Positions 25,862-37,159 of a stretch of DNA of 64,000 nt are shown in pieces (position 1 is the stretch's first letter; every line of letters begins with the position of its first letter). The DNA comes from Dimorphilus gyrociliatus (Eukaryota > Animalia > Annelida). Both the position numbers and the translations under genes were made by a program. Below the pieces are notes generated by a model. It was not told the DNA's origin. It saw only the letters and a list, made by a program, of their open reading frames with translations, and searched no databases. The stretch spans positions 238,028-302,027 of the forward strand of contig CAJFCJ010000046.1 in NCBI GenBank assembly GCA_904063045.1, written 5' to 3'.

Positions 25862-27729
25862 ATGAAAATTATGACAAAACTTTCGCCTTCCTTCTATTTC
25901 TTTTGGAATACTGCAATACTACAGCAATTTCATTGAGTAGGTTAACTTGTATTCTGGTCGAAGACGGGGACGGAATTCTTATGTTTATCACACGGGTCTT
26001 ATGCTATTTCCTTTACTTGACATTTCCATTCAACTTTGTTTATAAACAGGCTCAACTTTGATGAAAGGATAGCAAGTGTCAAGGTCGAATGGAGTTCTGG
26101 TTTCACTCAGGTAGTAAACCTATCCGATGTTGCTGGCTTTAAAATGTATTGTTTCAAATATACAAATACTCCTGATATAGAATCGGGTTTAAATCTTGTT
26201 ATAAAAGACGTTTACATTGACGAAACTGTTGGATTTCAATACGTCAATGTCTTTACAAAAGGTATGAATATTCATTAGGGTTTTAAATTTTAGAGCTATG
26301 AGGTTTAAGGTTAAAGGTCAAGATCAAGGTCAACCGAATGATTGCTCGTCGATGGTAATTAGCCTAAAAAATGAAACGTCAATTATATTAACAATTCGGC
26401 TTGACGAGGTTATTGGCAATAAGAGAATTTCATCAATAAGCGTAACGAGTCCTGCAATTTTAAGTAAAGTTCTAAGCAACTCTGTGACACTGATATCTTG
26501 CACCGATTGGACTCACTTTTGGATTGAATTATCAGAAACGCTTATAACAATTGGTATGGGTAAAGGTTACGGATCATTTATATTGGCTAGCATTCGAACG
26601 GCCATTACACTAGACATAAGGCAAATACTTATTAAGAACGGCTTAACCAATAAGATTAATCACTTTGCGATAACTGATACAGGTAGGGATAATATACTTT
26701 AATTAATTTATTAATTAAAGTGTATTCGCCATTCTTTTATAGAAGGAAGAAAGGTGAAAAGTTCTAATACACAATGCCAAAGTAACGCTTATTACGCAAC
26801 GCTTGATGGACATCCTTCCACTTGCGTACCTTTAGAGGAAACCAGTAATATTATAGAATATACCCTAACGAATGGAAATGGAATTAGGAGCAATGACACA
26901 AACTGTAAACTAATATTCCATTTAAAAATGAGATGAATACATAAGGATTCAATTTACAATCTCTTTCAAAAGTAAATTAATTAGATCTTATTGATTTTGT
27001 TCCAAAGAGTTTTTGGATTTTTGCCAAGAATAGAGTTGAAGCTCTTAGATTTTAATTTTAAAAGTAGAAGATTCGAATTGAAGCCATTCGTTTATTTTAG
27101 TATCAAATACAAAGTACATTAGGGTTAGGTTTACAGAAATTGCTGTTCATCTTGTACACAAAGAAATTATTTAGCATACTGTAAAACTGCAATTCCAATT
27201 AATAAAAAGACTATCATTGATTCCTGGGATAGGAATGATTATGAGTCAAGAAAACATACCTTAAAATGGTATTAACCCCCACAAGAACATTCTTTTTTCT
27301 CTTTTTCATTCTCAAATCTTTTGGGTAAATATGGATATTGAATTCCAAGTAGGTCGGTATGCGATGGTATTTCGCAATGCATTTTCTATGGATTTATTCA
27401 ATATTCCCAAATGAACATCTGTTATGATAGGAAATTGAAAAACAATTAATAAATGAGTGTTCATATGTTACGTAATAGTAGGAGAAACCTGGTAAAGAGT
27501 ATTAGTAAAAATGATTTTTTTTAGTGAATTATGTGAGATAAAATACGACAGTATGGAAAGATTAATATTCTTTTCTTCAAAACATAAGGGAAAACATGTA
27601 AATTGTAATATTCATAAGAAATGTTTATTTTGTCAATACAGATGTAAAACATATCATATTGCATTGACATCAAATTTGTTTGTGATGAATTGAAACACTG
27701 TCCACTTGGTGATGATGAAGTGAATTGTG
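25862..27729 (+). pseudogene. 5' half of a signal-peptide / FAMeT-like / LDLa modular receptor gene (right arm)
   Basis: Exons near 25862-25995, 26051-26261, 26294-26685, 26743-26930, 27600-27729; FAMeT-like exon is open; ends at a GTAAG donor with no LRR-7TM exons before the MITE and LRR block. Confidence 0.65.
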
Positions 27730-27885
27730 GTAAGAAAAGGCCTAAAAGTGGTAGGGAGTGGGTTTTACTCAAACAGAAAAACTGTCATTCTGTATAATTT
27801 CATCATCTAAACTCTTTTCCTTCCTTCATTTAGCACCTTAGCAAGATTTAAAAAAAGTATGTTATCAACAAAACAGATAGCTTTA

Positions 27886-28053
27886 GGATGCGACAGAAAA
27901 CGTCCATAAATTGCTGCTTTTACCCTAGCCCTAACCCAGAGCTTGACTATACCTAACCTTTTCCAATAGCCCTAACCTTAAGGGGAGACCCTCCCATGTA
28001 GGAATTAGTTGCTGTCTTCTTCTTCCTGACTATATTTCAATCCAAAATCTAGC
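27886..28053 (-). mobile_element. TTAGGG-bearing MITE copy (right arm)
   Basis: Reverse complement of 18487-18654. Confidence 0.8.
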
Positions 28054-28297
28054 CTCAGGGTTAGGGTTATTTGTAAAAGTACTTCATAGGAGATTTAGAT
28101 TTGAGAGTTGATGAGAAAAGATTAAGATCATGAGCTCTTCAATAAAAGAATTCCTCTTAATATCAAAACCATATCATAGATTTTTTTTTCTTTTGAAAGA
28201 TTGTTTTTACAAAAAGTGGAGCCCATATATAAACAAAATGCAAATTAAGCCATTGCTAATTGCCTTACATAAGGTAAAACCTAGATACATTTGTAAT

Positions 28298-29150
28298 CTA
28301 TTGCTGTTGATTTACTTCTATTTTGGGAAAATATTGTAACAGATCTCCAATTGCTGTTCTTTGTTCCTCATTTAGATCACAATGGACTAAATAAAAACAC
28401 TTCAAAGTATTTGATGACATTTGAAGTCCTTCAAAAATATTTAATATTCCATTACCCATCTCTCTATTCCAAGATAGATTTATTGTTTCTAATCTACAGC
28501 AATGCTTTAGTAAAAGTCCAACCTCTGTAGCTTGTTCTTCATTTAAATCACACCTTTCTAAATCGAGATTCTTTAAGGTACTTGATGACATTTTCAGCCC
28601 TTCACAAATATGAAATATTCCATTACCAATTTTCTGATTCCAAGATAGATTTATTGTCTCTATTCTACAACAATTTTGTAACAAGTTTCCAATCTCTCTA
28701 CTTTGTTCTTCTTTCAAAAAACACAATATAAATTCCAGATTTTTCAGTGTATTTGATGACATTTTCAGCCCTTTGCAAATATTTAATATCTTTTTACCTC
28801 TAAGCTCATTCCTTGATATCTTTATTGTTTCTAATATGGAGCAGTGTTTAAGTAAATATCCAATCTTTTCACTTTGCTTTTCATTTAAATTACAGTTCTG
28901 TAGATCAAGTTTCTTTAAAGAATTTGAAGACATTTTTAATCCATCACAAATATTCAATAATCCAATACCATGTTCCTATTTCCACATAGATTCATTGATT
29001 CTATTCTGCAACAATTCTTTAAAAAATTTCCAATCTGTATACTTAGCCTTTCTTTAAATAACACTGTTGAAAATCAATTGTGGTTAAAGTATTAGAGGAT
29101 TTTTCAAGCTCTTGACAGATATTAAATAATTGATTTTCCATTACCAATTT
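28298..29150 (-). pseudogene. RNI/NLR-like LRR array, right-arm copy
   Basis: 219-aa ORF of LRR doublets plus an upstream frameshifted repeat; no NACHT domain adjacent. Confidence 0.8.
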
Positions 29151-29219
29151 TTCAAATAGGTTAAACAGTAATCTTTATTATTTAATTTGATGTTTTAGTA
29201 TTTTAAAGTTTTATCTATA

Positions 29220-29225
29220 NNNNNN
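29220..29225. other. Assembly gap (6 N)
   Basis: N run exactly at the outer end of the right palindrome arm. Confidence 0.99.
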
Positions 29226-30187
29226 TTGATCATTTTCAACTTCCGGTTGTTGCTTATGTTAATAAATAATTTGTTTTTGTGGAACGAGAAACTGTCTCTT
29301 GAATATTCTTTACTGAAAGTGTTCAGCTAATAGTACATTTTCATGTTTATTGACCTTTCCTATGGACGCCATTTTGAAATTTTATAGAATTGTTTATCTA
29401 GTCTTGATATCCTTTTTTAAATTGAAAATTCTTTTTAATTCATTTTTGTTGATATTTTGTTGGATGTCTCACAAAATATTAGAAATGTCTGAATTTTGAA
29501 ATGGTTAACATCTTTGTAAATTTCATTTTATTTAAAATAGAAAATATTGTAAACGGGTATATCTAAAACAAGGTGTTGACTAAGAAATAGTGATATATCG
29601 ATTTTTAAAGGACAGATGCAAGATGTGACTAAATAAAAATTCCTGCAATTACAATACAAAAAACTACAATAAGACTAAACATTACATTGTACAGAAGAAG
29701 CTTATTTGGCTGAAACCTTTTTTCAAATGGGGATATTTTTAGATTATCTTAAATGATTAGATGATGTGAATGTTGCAGTAAAATTTTATATTCTCTGGGT
29801 TTTGGTTTTTAATATCCAAGTAGCACTTTATAAAGTTCTGGGTTCACTTTGTCAAAGATTTCTCAAGATGAAATAAAACAATGTCATATTCGATGCGTAA
29901 CAATCTCACATTGCTCGTTTTCATTCCATGTTTAAGTAATACCCTTTTGCGATCTTTTTAGATTTGTTTATATGGATTATAGACTAATGAATATTCAATA
30001 AAAACAAAATGAAAATGAAACAACAATGGAAACAGAAAAAAATACTCCATAATTTCAAAATGGCGACAATAAAAAAATATTATTAGTGAAGAAGAGGTAA
30101 AGTGTTGAAATTGTTTAAAATTATGTATAGAGAATGTTCAAAGAATTCATTTTCTCAAAATGGCTGCCAATAAAGGTGTATATATTA

Positions 30188-31252
30188 CTAGGCTGACAAG
30201 TTCACAATGTGTGTGTTGTTTACTTTTTTATTTTTTAAATTCATCTTTACAGGAGTAGTTGATTTCATACGAGGAGGATATCTCAAACAAGAGATGACCT
30301 TCAAGAATTCTGCTTTAAAAGTCTCACCACACAGACAATAGAATATAAAATTAGCCATATGATTCAAATGAGCTAATGTGACAGCTATTCCAGATGTTAT
30401 ACTACTCACTAATAGTGACATATTCTGAAGTAGGCCAGCCGTATTTAAAAAACTTCGTATAACTAATGGTAAAGTTGTTAGTACAAAAAATGTTGATAAT
30501 GCAAGTGTTAGAACAACTAATCTAGCTGCTGATGATTTCAAATTATCTACCCGTTTATTATCTCCAATATTACCCATTTTTTTAATATGTCTTCGTAGTT
30601 TAACAATAATCAAAATGTTCAATAGTGCCATAGAAAAGCATGGAAAAATACTATACATTGTATTTGCAGTCGATTGCAAATGTGCAGTAAAGGGAAAGTC
30701 CATATCTACAAGACAAAAAATTTGCTGCGAAGATGCTCTAACGGCACCAGTAAAAATAAAAAATATACTAAAGTCAATTCCTATAGCATAGATCGATATA
30801 ATTGAAATTACTATCTTGAAAACTGTAGGAGTTGACCATATTTTTGATTTTGTTGGAAAAGTAACGCATAAGAAACGATCGAATGTAACAGCAATAAGGG
30901 TTAATGATGATATTTGACCCAAAGTGTATGATAGAAATGTATAGAGTCTACAACTGCTCCATAAATATACTTTAACATCTATAATTTCAATTGTCAGATA
31001 CGAAATGGATTGAAGAATTAACGATACTGACATTAGCCAATCAGCAATTGTCACAATCAGAATATATCTAAAAACAGTCACCAACCTTAATTTACTCTTG
31101 ACAATTGTAACTATGGAAAGTAAATTGAAAGGAATACCAATAATTAATGCCAATACTAATGTAATAATCGGAAACACTTTATTTAACAACAATATAACAG
31201 TTTCAAAATCATCTGGTAGTCTGGTTACTGTTCTATTCACTGATGTATTCAT
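30188..31252 (-). CDS. Rhodopsin-family peptide GPCR (FMRFamide/SPR-like group), intronless
   Basis: Seven hydrophobic segments, GIPFN (TM1), ADW (TM2), DRF (TM3), ANFIFY (TM7); N-terminal NTS/NRT sequons; ATG at 31252. Confidence 0.93.
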   Translation of the reverse strand: MNTSVNRTVTRLPDDFETVILLLNKVFPIITLVLALIIGIPFNLLSIVTIVKSKLRLVTVFRYILIVTIADWLMSVSLILQSISYLTIEIIDVKVYLWSSCRLYTFLSYTLGQISSLTLIAVTFDRFLCVTFPTKSKIWSTPTVFKIVISIISIYAIGIDFSIFFIFTGAVRASSQQIFCLVDMDFPFTAHLQSTANTMYSIFPCFSMALLNILIIVKLRRHIKKMGNIGDNKRVDNLKSSAARLVVLTLALSTFFVLTTLPLVIRSFLNTAGLLQNMSLLVSSITSGIAVTLAHLNHMANFIFYCLCGETFKAEFLKVISCLRYPPRMKSTTPVKMNLKNKKVNNTHIVNLSA

Positions 31253-31859
31253 TCTCACTCTAAAAAATTTTCTCCACTTGCCAATTAGAATAATTGAACT
31301 GAAAATGAAAGTAAATCATAAACACACTTATATATTCTTTTCAAAGATAATAATGGTAATTTTTGTCAGGTTAACCAGTCTAATTACTTTATCTAAACAT
31401 TTCAAACACGAGAGTGTTAGGTTAACTTGTCAAAGATTGAGAATTAGAGTTATTATCCTCTGAAATATGAAACAACACAAATGAGTATAATTAACAAGAT
31501 TAATTTGATATGGCCGCCATTTTTAAAAAAATGTAAACAGTCGATAAAAAATTCAATGATCACAAAAGAACAAAAGTTCCATTTTGAAGACAAAGAATGA
31601 AGAATGAATGTGTTTTCATTATTCCAAAAAAATTCCTTCTCTGCCTAAAAGTAGACCTCTATACCAGAATAAGATTTTCAAACTTTATCCTTTCCTCTCC
31701 TCTTATCTTACAATTCTGTAAATATACTCTCCTCACTATTTAATGACTTTCTAAATCCTTTGTAAATGTTCAATATTGATATGAACGTATTTTCAGATTC
31801 AATTTTGGAACAACATTTTAACAAGTTTTCAATCTTTTTACTGTATAAAATTCAAATTA

Positions 31860-32100
31860 CCTAAAATCAAAATTCTTGAAGGTGTTTGATGATATTTTCA
31901 GTCCTTTGCAAATATCTAATATGCCATTATTTATGACTATTACAAGACAGATCTATTGTTTCTAATTCAAAACAATATCTCGACAAATTTCCAATTTCTC
32001 CCTAATGTTGTTCATTTAAATAGCAATCTTGAAAATAAATTCTCTTCAAAGTACTCGATGATGATTAAAGTCCCCCCTGAAAATTTGTGAAAATCCATTT
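31860..32100 (-). pseudogene. LRR remnant
   Basis: NNGILDICKGLKISSNTFKNFDFR on the minus strand, with stops. Confidence 0.65.
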
Positions 32101-32595
32101 GTCATTCTCAATTCATAAAATTGCAATGTATGATTTAAAAAAAAAAATGATGATAGAGTAAACATGCATTTTCTTTAATCTCTCATAGAACCTTTTTTGC
32201 TATAGTTGATACAGATGCTATAATTAAATTTATGTAGAAAATAGATTCACTTTGAAATACATAAATACGACTGACTCATTCCTTCTACTGTAAACATTCA
32301 GTAGGGATATATAAGCCTATTCTCCTATTTCCTATAGATAAATTAATATATATTTTGACGACACCTGCTACAGACTATTTGCAAACTTTTGATGTATAAT
32401 CTCATTGAGTTAGTTTTTTAAAACTGACAAACAAAAACAAATATGATTCATAATTTCATTTTAGGAATAGCAACCAGATTTATTTATAACCTTGTCTATA
32501 CCACGCAGTTATAAAATCAAAGAGTTTAAGATATTAACCACGAAAAATATAAAGTGAACCATGGATGATGATGAAATATTTCCACCTATGATTCT

Positions 32596-33399
32596 TTGGG
32601 GCAACTTAGAAATGTTGTCAGACGAGGATTTGACTTGATAATGCAATCAGCTTCTTTTAAAAATACTGAACATTTTGATGGGTTGGTCATATTTTTTAAA
32701 GATCTAAATTATGATCAGCAGACAACAATTACTGATTTAAAGGAAAAGTTTAAACAACTCAACTATTTGGTTCTATTTGAAGATAATCTGTATAATAAAA
32801 TTGATTTAGAGAGTACAATTTTGAAAATGAGCCAGGAATTAGAATATTTACATAAAAAACCAATTTTTATCTTTCTACTGTCTGATAATTGGCATGCTAA
32901 TGGCACTTTTCTACAAAATATACTAAGTTTCACTACTCGACACTTTACATCGCTTAAATGTCTTTTTGCGATTGGAAACAGGAAAGGTTTGCATTCCAAT
33001 AGATTTCATATTTTTCCCTTCATTCTTTCTATCATCACCTTCACACTTACAGGACACGTACAAGGTGATAACGAGATTCTTGATATAATTAATCAATTGG
33101 GTACGATGAAGAATATCGTGATGGTGTTCAGTACGAGAGCAGGTTGTTTGTCATTGATTATTCTCATCATTTCACTATTTTCATCAATTTTCTGTTTAGG
33201 TAAAGAGTGTCAAAGGAATGAAAAAGGGTCTCTATTCCTAAATGCTTTTCTGGATCTTCTTCAATCGAATTCTAAATTGGATATTGAAAATTTTATCTTG
33301 AAAGTAAAGAGAGGAGTTGTAGATGACAGTAAAGTGTTGGGTAAAAAAATTCAAGTTCCAGTTGTAATTGACACAATTCAAAGAGTATTCTACTTTTGA
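32596..33399 (+). CDS. Caspase-fold (peptidase C14-like) protein lacking catalytic His and Cys; 5' end unresolved
   Basis: p20 LKEKFKQLNYLVLFEDNL, FIFLLSDN (for xLSHG), CLFAIGNRKG (for QACRG); p10 VFSTRAG/KECQRNEKGSLFL...QVPVVIDTIQRVFYF; phase-1 GT-AG introns 32987-33052 and 33143-33199. Confidence 0.75.
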   Translation: MGQLRNVVRRGFDLIMQSASFKNTEHFDGLVIFFKDLNYDQQTTITDLKEKFKQLNYLVLFEDNLYNKIDLESTILKMSQELEYLHKKPIFIFLLSDNWHANGTFLQNILSFTTRHFTSLKCLFAIGNRKGLHSNRFHIFPFILSIITFTLTGHVQGDNEILDIINQLGTMKNIVMVFSTRAGCLSLIILIISLFSSIFCLGKECQRNEKGSLFLNAFLDLLQSNSKLDIENFILKVKRGVVDDSKVLGKKIQVPVVIDTIQRVFYF

Positions 33400-33787
33400 G
33401 CAATGTTCTACCTTTCATCTTATAACATCTCACCTTGTGATATATGATTTTCTACATGATTTGGAAAAATTCGAATTTCATCATCTACATATGTCTATGT
33501 AAATACTAAGGTCAAGGACAAAACAAAAAGAAAAAATGATTATACCAGCCATTGCTGATTCAGTGGAACTATAAAAAATATAGAATAATTATATGAAACA
33601 TTTGCAATTTAAATATAAAATTCCCAAATATCTCATTCAACTAAATTGATTATTGAATAGATTAATATTTATTTAACTTTCGCTCTCTTTGTCGTCTTGT
33701 TAAAGATTTGAAACATTATCATATTTGTAGCTAACACAATCTAAATCTAACTAATTTATGGTCGTTTTCGTTAGGTGGGTCCAATAT

Positions 33788-34134
33788 TAAGGGTTAGGGG
33801 CATTAAAAAGGATTAGGCAAAAACAAGGGCTAGGTTAGGGTTGGGGTAAAACCATGGATTTATGAAATAGATAAATTCAGTTGGGAAGAGAAGAAAATTT
33901 CTTGTATCATTACAAGTAGTTAGTTGTGCAATAATCAGTAAATTTCTGTTAAAATGACAACTTAAGATGTTGGTCATGTGACTACTATTTTTAAATTGTT
34001 ACATATTATATAATGTGTTGTAATAGCATTTCATAGTTCACAAATCAGTTGCTATCTTCTTCTTCCTAACCATTTCTCAATCCAAAATATCTAGTCTTGA
34101 AATTTCTCATTTGTGGACGTTTTCTGTCGACCCC
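33788..34134. mobile_element. Two MITE half-copies (33788-33863 plus; 34046-34134 minus)
   Basis: TAAGGGTTAGGGG..GCTAGGTTAGGGTTGGGGTAAAACC and ATTTGTGGACGTTTTCTGTCGACCCC match the family. Confidence 0.7.
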
Positions 34135-34149
34135 TTTAAATCTTACTCA

Positions 34150-34260
34150 TTAAACATGAATCAGTGCAGAAATATGAGTAGTTTATTTAAAATATGCTCA
34201 GAATTAGAAACAATTGATCTTCAATGGAATACAAATATGGGAATAGGATTTTTTCCATGG
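34150..34260 (+). pseudogene. Single LRR remnant
   Basis: MNQCRNMSSLFKICSELETIDLQWNTNMGIG. Confidence 0.55.
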
Positions 34261-34529
34261 ACTCACTTGTCTATCATTCGATAGTCTGCGAGATCTAGAT
34301 TTTGGAAATTTCTTTTAATATTGAAAATACATAAATAACTCATTGTAAAGTGATTGTAAGTTTGACGAGAGAACAATTGAAAATGACATACAATTGTAAG
34401 TATTACAATTGCAAAGATAAATACATTTATCATACATATCCCTCTCTGTAAAATATTCATTATTTGTATGCAACAGTTTGCATTCATTTAAATATTCCAT
34501 TTTAAATGTAGAAATAACGTTAAAAAATC

Positions 34530-35235
34530 CTTATAACCAAAAACGTCCAATTCGCATAGGATGAGAACTGCAGGATTGGCGACGATAATTGCTGATAAAT
34601 AACGACCAATTGTTGATTTTGGACATCTCACAGTTAAATAGGGAGGCAATCTTCCGAAGATTTTCCAATTTATCAGCAGTTTTGCTCTAGCAATTGTTGT
34701 TACTGCCAAAATTCGGCTGTTTCTCTAATATGGTAAAAGCACATTTAATACCATTTTGTCCATAAATCCAATTAGTTTCACCATCAACAGCAAAACCAGG
34801 GTTTATTAGATCGTCATAATAACTACTTCCGGTTGCTGGTTTATTTTTAGCAATATTTGGCAAACTCCATATTTCAATTTGACAAATATTAATACCGCCA
34901 AATACATTTCTTTAAAATATAACTGTACTTGCGTAATGTGGTTTGTTGGAGAATTTAAATGTTTTAGTTCGAGAAGGTCCAAGTGTAGAAGTAAAAGAGT
35001 AAAATATTTCAAATTGATTGATGTCTATTGTAGAAATATTTCTTGATAGTTTGGTACCAACAATTATATCATTAACTCTTTCCGGAAATGATGCTCTATT
35101 CAGAATCCTTATTGTCTGAATGATATATGATCCTTCGAATTGAATTAAATAAAATGGAAATGGTTTCGCTACAATTCCATATTCTATATTCTCCACTATT
35201 GAATGGGATTGCATTGATGAAGGTAGAACAATTGT
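34530..35235 (-). pseudogene. Two degenerate F-type lectin (fucolectin/F5-8-like) domains
   Basis: IRILNRASFPERVNDIIVG, INICQIEIW, PGFAVDGET, CPKSTIGRYLSAI...LILCELDVFG; stops and frameshifts. Confidence 0.65.
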
Positions 35236-35815
35236 CTTTGATTTCATTTCTTATACGAATCCTGGTTTCTAAATTTTTTATTGGTGAATGACAATGAATG
35301 TTTGTCCCAATTGCAAAATTGCTTCCTTTTTGATTGATGCTTGCTTTACATTTTCTTTTTTTGCTTCTTACAGAACAAGTCCATACAGTAGTTGTTTCTG
35401 TTTTTAATTTAATAGTATATGAAAAGCTTTTGTGAAAAAGTAAGTCTTTGCCTTTTTGACTTCCATTTGGCAGAATTTTAAAATGAAAATCGTCAGAAGA
35501 ATTTTCTTTGGCAGATGTTTCACTTTCAAAAGATTCTTCATCAATTTTTTCAGATTCTATATATGCATTTTGAATTGTTCCAAAATTTTCAATTTCAATT
35601 TCATTATCATATTCAATGTCACTTCCATTGATGATATTTTCTTTGCCAACCATACTTTCATCAGAATTGTCATTGCTACTCCAAGATAAAGATAATCTTA
35701 ATTCATCTGTGAATTCTTCAGTACTTTTTTTTTGACCTTGACTAATCTCTCCTTTCTCTTCCATATATAATTTTTCCTCCTTTATCTTGTTATTGTCCTC
35801 AATATTCTTTTCCAA
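35236..35815 (-). mobile_element. FLYWCH zinc-finger fragment (MULE-transposase N-terminus-like) with acidic leader
   Basis: GSQKGKDLLFHKSFSYT...TVWTCSVRSKKRKCKASI...IHCH. Confidence 0.7.
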
Positions 35816-37159
35816 AAAATCAATTTTTTTTCTCTTTCCTCATTAGGTTTTACAATAGAGTTAATATTCTTTACAACACATGCCCTTTGTTTTTCTGGAT
35901 CATCAATTTAATGGTGATTTAAAAGGAAAATTCTTTGGCAATTGTTCATTTTTGTGCAGTCATCTAGCCACTTGCATGTAAATATTGAAAATTTTCCAGA
36001 ATGTCATTAACAATCAGTCATTTTTTTTAATGTAATATTTTTTTTCAGATCCTATAATTTTCAGGGCGAATATTGTTTTCTACTCTTCAATTTACATTAA
36101 GATTGACTAGCGAACTTCAGGATGACGGTGCCAATAACTATTAGTATTAAACTAATCTCTACATAACAATAATGGCAACAGAAATGCCTGGTGACACATA
36201 TCTCCTTCATTATCCACAAATCATTATTTCAATATTTCATTTATAACACAAAACAAAAAAGTTATACATTGTAATGTCAAGGTCAAAATGATTTTCTTAA
36301 TTTATGAGAACACTTGGATTTTCTTTCTTTCTCTATTCAGTTATATACAGTATTACATATTTCTTTTCAACTATTAAATCAAATATTCAATTCAAAATTG
36401 ATTAATTTTTTAATTAAATTGATAATTAATCATTTAACCAATTGATCAGTCATTTTAGTTGAGTTTTTCGTGTTTTTTAAAAAAGAATGAATAGTTTCCT
36501 ATCTTGGATTGTCACTATTTTAATAGTAATTATAATTGGCAGTTAAATATTTAAAAAAGTTTGTGTTTATAATAGATTCAATTCTAAACAGCCTACAAAG
36601 AACAAGATAAAAAAAAATGCTCAGAATACCAACATTGGATGATAAAAACATATGTTGAAGAGAATGATAAATATTTTCTATACTTTTTAAATAGAGAATT
36701 TCTTTCAACTTGCCAATACAATTTTGATAATGAATTCCAACTTTACTGCCCATTTACCATGGATAGTCAACCAAACGTGATTGGAAATGGAAATGAGATA
36801 ATCTCCATCTTGATCTTGAAAATCAACTACTGTACACATATATTCACCTCAACAATCAACTTTATCTTTAAGTGACAGATACAACAGTAAAATAAAAGAA
36901 AAAAACACTTGAAAAAAATCAAAAAATGATTATAAATGACATGAGCAAACAAACAAAACATATGATTATTGAATTTTTCAACTATAAAACTAAACATAAA
37001 TCTCCTTGTTTTTACAAAATTTAAAAGAAATAATGAAATTCGTAACTATATTTTTAATTTGTAAATATTCAATTTATTTTTCTCTCAATTATTTTTCGAA
37101 TCACTTTTTATTCTTTCTGTCTCTCTATCTTTCTTTTTTTCCTTCTCTTTCTCTAAGAG

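Larger units (their letters stand above)
17317..29219. repeat. Large inverted duplication 1: arms 17317-23183 and 23362-29219, 178-bp spacer
   Basis: Reverse-complement match checked at many points; differences outside 19645-20251/26286-26903 are almost all 1-bp indels; right arm ends at an N gap. Confidence 0.97.

Noticed and set aside
31098-31463. Antisense ORFs over real genes (also 32763, 40265, 40333, 46665, 47505, 59081)
   Set aside because: Shadow frames of well-supported opposite-strand or alternative-frame CDSs
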